A stretch of DNA of 64,000 bases from assembly GCA_965277805.1 (NCBI GenBank), contig OZ255842.1, positions 4,448,001 through 4,512,000 of the forward strand, given 5' to 3'. This stretch comes from Candidatus Lustribacter sp. (GTDB lineage: Bacteria; Vulcanimicrobiota; Vulcanimicrobiia; Vulcanimicrobiales; Vulcanimicrobiaceae). Below the pieces are notes generated by a model. It was not told the DNA's origin, did no database searches, and saw only the letters and a list, made by a program, of their open reading frames with translations. The position numbers and the translations under genes were made by a program. This document shows, one piece after another, positions 59,193 through 64,000 of the stretch. Within the stretch, counting starts at the first letter, position 1; each line of letters starts with the position of its first letter.

Positions 59193-60173
59193 ATGAGCGT
59201 ACTCGTTACGGGAACTGCCGGCCACCTTGGCGAGGCACTCATGCGTACATTTCGAGCCCGAGGCGAAGCGGCGTTGGGCGTCGATATTCTGAGGTCACCG
59301 TTCACCGATCGTGTCGGCAGTATTTGCGATCGTGAATTCATCCGTGATTGTATGCGCGGTGCGCGCGCGGTTTTGCATACCGCAACGCTGCACAAGCCGC
59401 ACGTCGCGACGCACAGTAAACGTGACTTCGTCGACACGAACGTCACCGGGACGCTCGTCCTCCTCGAGGAAGCCGTCGCGGCCGGTGTCGAGGCCTTCGT
59501 CTATACGAGCACGACGAGCGCGTTCGGAGGAGCGCTCACCGGAGACGGCATCGATGCCGCTTGGATCACCGAAGACGTGCGGCCGATTCCGAAAAATATC
59601 TACGGCGTGACCAAAGTGGCGGCGGAGGATCTCTGCGAGCTGGTGCACCTCGAGCGCCGGTTGCCGGTCATCGTCTTGCGGACGGCGCGATTCTTTCCCG
59701 AAGAAGACGATAACGCAGAGACACGCGCGACGTATACTCTGGCGAACGCGCAGGGGAACGAGATGTCCTATCGGCGCGTCGATATCGCCGACGTCGTGGC
59801 CGCGCACGAGCTGGCGCTCGAAAAAGCGGTGCGACTCGGATTCGGGCGCTACATCATTTCCGCCACGACGCCGTTCGCGCATAGCGACCTGCCCGAGTTG
59901 GGCCGTAATGCGCCGGCCGTTCTGCACTGGCTTTTTCCGACGTCCAAGGACCTTTACGCAGCAAAGGGTTGGACGTTCTTCCCGCGTCTCGACCGCGTGT
60001 ATGTGAACCGAGCCGCCGTTACCGACTTGGAATGGCAGCCGCAGTATGATTTTAAGCACGTCCTCGCATGCCTCGCTGCGGGGACCGATTTTCGCAGTCC
60101 ATTGGCCCTCGAAGTCGGCAGCAAGGGCTATCACGATAGGAGCTTCGCTGAGGGTCCCTATCCGGTCGTCTAA
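59193..60173 (+). CDS. NAD-dependent epimerase/dehydratase family protein
   Basis: TGTAGHLG, TSTTS and YGVTK motifs. Confidence 0.88.
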   Translation: MSVLVTGTAGHLGEALMRTFRARGEAALGVDILRSPFTDRVGSICDREFIRDCMRGARAVLHTATLHKPHVATHSKRDFVDTNVTGTLVLLEEAVAAGVEAFVYTSTTSAFGGALTGDGIDAAWITEDVRPIPKNIYGVTKVAAEDLCELVHLERRLPVIVLRTARFFPEEDDNAETRATYTLANAQGNEMSYRRVDIADVVAAHELALEKAVRLGFGRYIISATTPFAHSDLPELGRNAPAVLHWLFPTSKDLYAAKGWTFFPRLDRVYVNRAAVTDLEWQPQYDFKHVLACLAAGTDFRSPLALEVGSKGYHDRSFAEGPYPVV

Positions 60174-60190
60174 CGCCTTACAACGGACAC

Positions 60191-61081
60191 TTAGGGTCGT
60201 GTTTCCGAAACAGTTATGGCCGCGCCGCGATATTCGCGTGCTGCCGCCGGGCGCGCCCCATGGCACGTCAGTTGAGCGGGCGATTGCGTCTCTGCAAGAA
60301 TCGTGACGTCCACATGACCGAACGGTGCTGAGAGACGCACGGTCGCAGTGTTTCCGTCCACCCGCTCCAAGGTCTCCACCGCAAACGCATCGACCGTGTC
60401 GATAGACAACATCTCGTGAGCGTAAACGATTGCGGCTTGTGCGATGGACGGAAGGCCGATACGCCCACGTTGATGCGCCATGAGAAGTCGCCCGTCATCG
60501 GCGCAATCGGCCAGGGCCGACGCTGCCGACGCGGGGACGCGCCCGTACAAAACACCGGATGGCAAAACGAGCACATTCGCCGCAAAACGGTCGCCGCCCA
60601 GGTGCGTTGTTTCCCAAGCCCGGCCCGGCCGAGCACGATCGAGCGCCTCGACGAGGGGCCGGCCGCGCAGAGCGCAGCACGGATCATGCCGCCCGTGCGT
60701 GCATACCAAGAACAGCGGTGCCGTATCAATCGTTGACGGTGGTCTCAGCGGGAAGCCTGCCTCAAGTTCGGCAGCGAAATACGCTAGGTCGTCGGTGCGC
60801 CACCATTGGACCTTCCCCTCATCGGCGATCCCGACGTGATAGCCGCCGTCCGGCATACCGTGCCCGTGCTCGCCGGGCCGCCGAATGGCTTGCAGTCGCA
60901 TGCCCGCACGCGCCCCCGCGATATCGAGGCGCCTCGCAACGGCCGGGTCGCATCGGCTCTCGAGTAAACCACGCGGTCCCCAAGGGCCGGGCTGATGGAT
61001 CAGCAATACGCGTGATTGAGGCGGCGCGGTGCCGATCATCGAGTCTCCCCGCGCATCCGCCTCTGCTGAACAAAGGATCAC
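60191..61081 (-). CDS. Sucrase/ferredoxin-like protein (thioredoxin-like [2Fe-2S] ferredoxin, Apd1/Aim32 family)
   Basis: CS...GTAP, PGPWG, CTHGRHDPCC, HLGGDRFA and YGR motifs. GTG start overlaps the cupin TGA. Confidence 0.85.
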   Translation of the reverse strand: MILCSAEADARGDSMIGTAPPQSRVLLIHQPGPWGPRGLLESRCDPAVARRLDIAGARAGMRLQAIRRPGEHGHGMPDGGYHVGIADEGKVQWWRTDDLAYFAAELEAGFPLRPPSTIDTAPLFLVCTHGRHDPCCALRGRPLVEALDRARPGRAWETTHLGGDRFAANVLVLPSGVLYGRVPASAASALADCADDGRLLMAHQRGRIGLPSIAQAAIVYAHEMLSIDTVDAFAVETLERVDGNTATVRLSAPFGHVDVTILAETQSPAQLTCHGARPAAAREYRGAAITVSETRP

Positions 61082-62271
61082 GCCGGAACGAGAACTCCGG
61101 CACGCACCAGATCCGCGAGCACATGCACGCACGCTTCAATGTCACTGCCCGGCAACGTTTCGGCAGCGACGACCGATCCGGTTATTGCGCTGCGAACCAC
61201 ATGAAGAGCGGTATTCGGGAAACGGATGTCTTTGTCGGGCAGGTGCAGGATGCACTGCTCATCGCCAAAGTCGAGCCTTACATGTAAGCCTGGTCGCAAA
61301 CGAAGACGCGTAGCGGGTACCAATGACGTCGCCACGACGAATTGAGCGAGCGGGGAAAGCGGCTCCGGCCGCGTTGCGGCGTCGAGTGCCCGGCCAATGC
61401 CGGCCGTCACCTTTGCAACGTCGATGCGCGCTAGAGCGGCGCGCAAGGCCTCGACCGTGGCTGCAAATTCGTAATCGAGCGCTGGTGCTTCCCTGAAATT
61501 CACGCCCGCGGGCAGCGATCCACGCAGCGAGACGTCCTCTGAAAGCGTTGCGAAAATCTGTTCCACGAGCGCCATGCGCGTTATGGGATGGATACCGATC
61601 GTCAGATGGCCGGAAATCTCATCCAGCGAAGTCGCCGCATGAATATAACCACGCGGTAAATACAGGACGTCGCCTGCCTCCAGAATGATGTCGAGAAGCG
61701 GCAACTCGCGCGCACGAGCAACAACCGCGGACTGCCGCTTCTGCCAAGATTGCTCGCGCAAGGGTGAAGTCAGGACCGGTTGATGGACCCGCCAATGCTT
61801 TCTTCCCGCGAATTGTAGCAGAAACACGTCGTGGACATCGTAGTGCGGCGTGAGGCCCTGGCTCATCGGCGGTGTGACATAGGCATTCACCTGCGCCGGG
61901 TGTCCCAATTGCTCAGTCAGGGCGACGGCGAAGATCTCAATAGGCTCCCACGTGCGATGCAGGCCCTGCAGCACGATCGTCGCGCCGGCGCTGAATTCCG
62001 CGAGCACCTTATCATCAGCTATTTGATCGGAAATCTCGGCGCCGGCACCACCGCTGCGCGTGTAGCGAGCAGACGGGATGACATTGCCATCGCGCGTCAT
62101 CCGCAAAAACGGCGTGCGCAAGCCGCGGCGCGAAAGTAATTCGTCTACCGCTTCACTATTGAACAGATCGGCGAAGCTCTCGTTCTGCGCCGAGGAACGG
62201 TGAAGTCGCGGCGCAGAACCCCAGTGTTCCGCGTTGAATCTGGCGAGAGGTAATCCGGTGAGGCGTTGCAC
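61078..62271 (-). CDS. JmjC/Cupin_4 (YcfD/NO66-like) 2OG-Fe(II) protein hydroxylase
   Basis: NAYVTP, PHYDVHD (HxD), GRKHW and GDVLYLPRGYIH motifs. Start at GTG 62271 is inferred. Confidence 0.87.
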   Translation of the reverse strand: MQRLTGLPLARFNAEHWGSAPRLHRSSAQNESFADLFNSEAVDELLSRRGLRTPFLRMTRDGNVIPSARYTRSGGAGAEISDQIADDKVLAEFSAGATIVLQGLHRTWEPIEIFAVALTEQLGHPAQVNAYVTPPMSQGLTPHYDVHDVFLLQFAGRKHWRVHQPVLTSPLREQSWQKRQSAVVARARELPLLDIILEAGDVLYLPRGYIHAATSLDEISGHLTIGIHPITRMALVEQIFATLSEDVSLRGSLPAGVNFREAPALDYEFAATVEALRAALARIDVAKVTAGIGRALDAATRPEPLSPLAQFVVATSLVPATRLRLRPGLHVRLDFGDEQCILHLPDKDIRFPNTALHVVRSAITGSVVAAETLPGSDIEACVHVLADLVRAGVLVPA

Positions 62272-62311
62272 CGGATTACCACCGCCCGTTAATGGTCTGG
62301 CGCTCGCGAGG

Positions 62312-62554
62312 CTAGGCGCCTTTGTCAGCCCCGCCATCAGCCCCGCCGTCCGGGTCGGCGCCTGCATCCGCTCCGCCGTCGGCTCCGCCGTCCGGATCGG
62401 CACCGGCGTCTGCGCCGCCGTCGGCGCCACCGTCAGGATCGGCTCCGGTGTTCGCGCCGCCGTCTGCGCCGCCGTCGTGGACACCGGGTGTTCCGGACGC
62501 ACCGCCGTCTTCCGGACCCTCGGTGCCGGCATCTAAATCGTCATCATCAGCCAT
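62312..62554 (-). CDS. 80-aa Asp/Gly-rich tandem-repeat peptide; candidate precursor or substrate of the adjacent hydroxylase
   Basis: RBS GAGGT; MADDDDLDAGTEGPEDGGASGTPGVH-(DGGADGGAxxGADP)x3-DGGADGGADKGA*; repeats differ mostly at synonymous positions. Confidence 0.8.
   Translation of the reverse strand: MADDDDLDAGTEGPEDGGASGTPGVHDGGADGGANTGADPDGGADGGADAGADPDGGADGGADAGADPDGGADGGADKGA
62315..62476 (-). repeat. 42-bp (14-codon) imperfect tandem repeat, about 3.9 copies
   Basis: Encodes DGGADGGA(N/D)(T/A/K)GA(DP). Confidence 0.85.
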
Positions 62555-62666
62555 GGACTTTACCTCAAGATTGGGAAAGGAATCGATATCGAAGCAGCAG
62601 GCACTCCGTTCGCCATAGCTCGATGCCCGTGAACTCATGCTGTGAAACTCGTGAGGAGTCGAATTC

Positions 62667-63194
62667 TTGGACATCACACAACTCATTCTGGACGACCATC
62701 ACGAACAACGGCGTCTCTTTGCGATTCTCGAGCAAATCGACGCGGCGGACGTCGGTGCGCTCGAAGCGATCTGGCGACGGCTAGCAACGTTTCTCGAGGT
62801 CCATGCGCTGGCTGAGGAAGACATCTTCTATCCGGCACTCCTCCGTCTCGGCGCCGGTACGGTAAAGGTAGCGAGCGCGGAAGACGAGACCGAAGATGCG
62901 ATTAAGGATCACAACGAGATTCGTGATGCCGTTGCGTCTGCCAATCGCCTGAAGGTTGGGACCGAACAATGGTACGTTGCCGTTGCTGCGGCAAACGAAG
63001 CGAACGGTGATCATATGGCGGAAGAGGAGCGCGAAGGTTTGACAGACCTGCGTGCTCACGCAGATCTTGCGACGCGGCACGATCTAGGCGTGCGCTTTGC
63101 CGTCTTTGAAGCCGAGCACGTTACCGGGGTGCGTGCCGTCGACAGAGATCCCAAGGCCTACATCGCGGATCATTCAGCGCCCAGCACGTCGTGA
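62667..63194 (+). CDS. Hemerythrin/HHE cation-binding domain protein
   Basis: GAGGAG RBS; DDHH, HALAEE..FYP, DHNE and HMAEEE motifs. Confidence 0.88.
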   Translation: MDITQLILDDHHEQRRLFAILEQIDAADVGALEAIWRRLATFLEVHALAEEDIFYPALLRLGAGTVKVASAEDETEDAIKDHNEIRDAVASANRLKVGTEQWYVAVAAANEANGDHMAEEEREGLTDLRAHADLATRHDLGVRFAVFEAEHVTGVRAVDRDPKAYIADHSAPSTS

Positions 63195-63230
63195 TCAACG
63201 GCAATTGGGCTGGTTAGGGAGCGAGCTCGT

Positions 63231-64000
63231 TCAACACGAGTGACTAAGCGGGTGGTGCCGCATCTCGCGCATGTGCTCGACGACGGTACGCGCCGGAAAT
63301 CGTGGTTCACCACCCTCGGGAAGACACGTCGGCACGCATTCCACGATTTCGTCGTAGCCCGGATCGAAGAACGTCGGCATCGAGTAGCGATCGCGGCCGC
63401 TCGTGTTACGAGTGACCCGGTGCATCGGCGAGCGGTAGGCACCGCCGGTATAGCGGACCATCAACTCACCGAGAATGATAACGAACGTGTCCGCGATTGG
63501 TGGTATTGAGTGCCACACGCGGTCTGCGTCGCGGATCTCGAGGCCGCCGACGTCGTCCTGGGCGAGGATCGTGAGCATACCCCAGTCAAAATGCGCGCCG
63601 GCGCCGCGCGCTGATGCGGAGGCGCCGGCAAGTGACGGATAGCGGAAGAGCTGCGTATACACCAGCGGCTCGCGCAGCGCAGCGTCGAAGAACGTTGCCG
63701 GCAGATCGAGCGATTGCGCAAGAACGTGCGCAAGGCGGCACCCGACGCGCGTCATCGCCTCAACCCAGGCTTCCATCTGTGCGCGAAAATGCAGGGGCAT
63801 TGACGGCCAGCGATTCGTGCCGGTGTTGGGATAGTCGGCAACCACATGAAGGTGATCCGGCGGAAGATCCGGCCCCATGATGAAGCCTTCTTTGAGATCG
63901 CCCGGTGCATCGGCGTCGATCGTCTGGGTGCCGAGTGGTTCGTAGCCGCGAAACGCGGCTCCGGGCCTGACCGCGATCGCATGTTTTACCGCGTCGTCCA
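63231..64000 (-). CDS. Isopenicillin-N-synthase-family 2OG-Fe(II) oxygenase (start lies beyond the window)
   Basis: FRGY...DLKEG, AHFDWG (HxD), MHRV and RYS motifs. Confidence 0.9.
   Translation of the reverse strand, partial: DDAVKHAIAVRPGAAFRGYEPLGTQTIDADAPGDLKEGFIMGPDLPPDHLHVVADYPNTGTNRWPSMPLHFRAQMEAWVEAMTRVGCRLAHVLAQSLDLPATFFDAALREPLVYTQLFRYPSLAGASASARGAGAHFDWGMLTILAQDDVGGLEIRDADRVWHSIPPIADTFVIILGELMVRYTGGAYRSPMHRVTRNTSGRDRYSMPTFFDPGYDEIVECVPTCLPEGGEPRFPARTVVEHMREMRHHPLSHSC

Noticed and set aside
62315-62476. Tandem repeat as a possible CRISPR array
   Set aside because: No unique spacers, codon-periodic variation and no cas genes; it is a coding repeat.
62272-62532. 87-aa N-terminal extension of the cupin ORF (track ORF 61078..62532) with TAAQTP-like repeats
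   Set aside because: It is the repeat-peptide gene read in a shifted frame. The repeats are degenerate in this frame and exact in the DGGA frame, which has the RBS. A longer start cannot be fully excluded.
1-64000. tRNA/rRNA genes, IS elements, prophage, riboswitches
   Set aside because: None recognised by eye; tRNAscan, Infernal and ISEScan runs would be needed to exclude them formally.

Overview
GC-rich, gene-dense bacterial window with about 68 CDSs. I found no rRNA, tRNA, CRISPR array or transposase. The gene content (many orphan NitT/TauT-type solute-binding proteins with Tat-like leaders, stand-alone TonB-C, GAF-GGDEF-EAL paralogues) is reminiscent of soil Vulcanimicrobiota/Eremiobacterota; this taxonomy is inference only. 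Most of the window is accessory catabolism and transport: Mo-hydroxylase, LigB/LigA-like dioxygenase, flavin monooxygenases, amidohydrolases, a Rieske oxygenase, cyanase and MFS transporters. Two loci stand out. (1) 60191-63194: an 80-aa Asp/Gly-rich tandem-repeat peptide gene (DGGADGGADAGADP units) lies directly upstream of a JmjC/Cupin_4 2OG-Fe(II) hydroxylase and a coupled sucrase/ferredoxin-like protein, with a divergent hemerythrin. This is a candidate uncharacterised RiPP-like or peptide-hydroxylation system, possibly metal-binding. (2) 51890-58985: a tightly coupled crp-PP2C-GAF/GGDEF/EAL-kaiC-kaiB-GGDEF operon with no kaiA in the window, linking a Kai module to c-di-GMP. Also seen: an FAD monooxygenase broken by one in-frame TAA, an MFS remnant, and a 54-aa membrane protein missed by the ORF track. 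Product calls come from motif recognition, not database searches.
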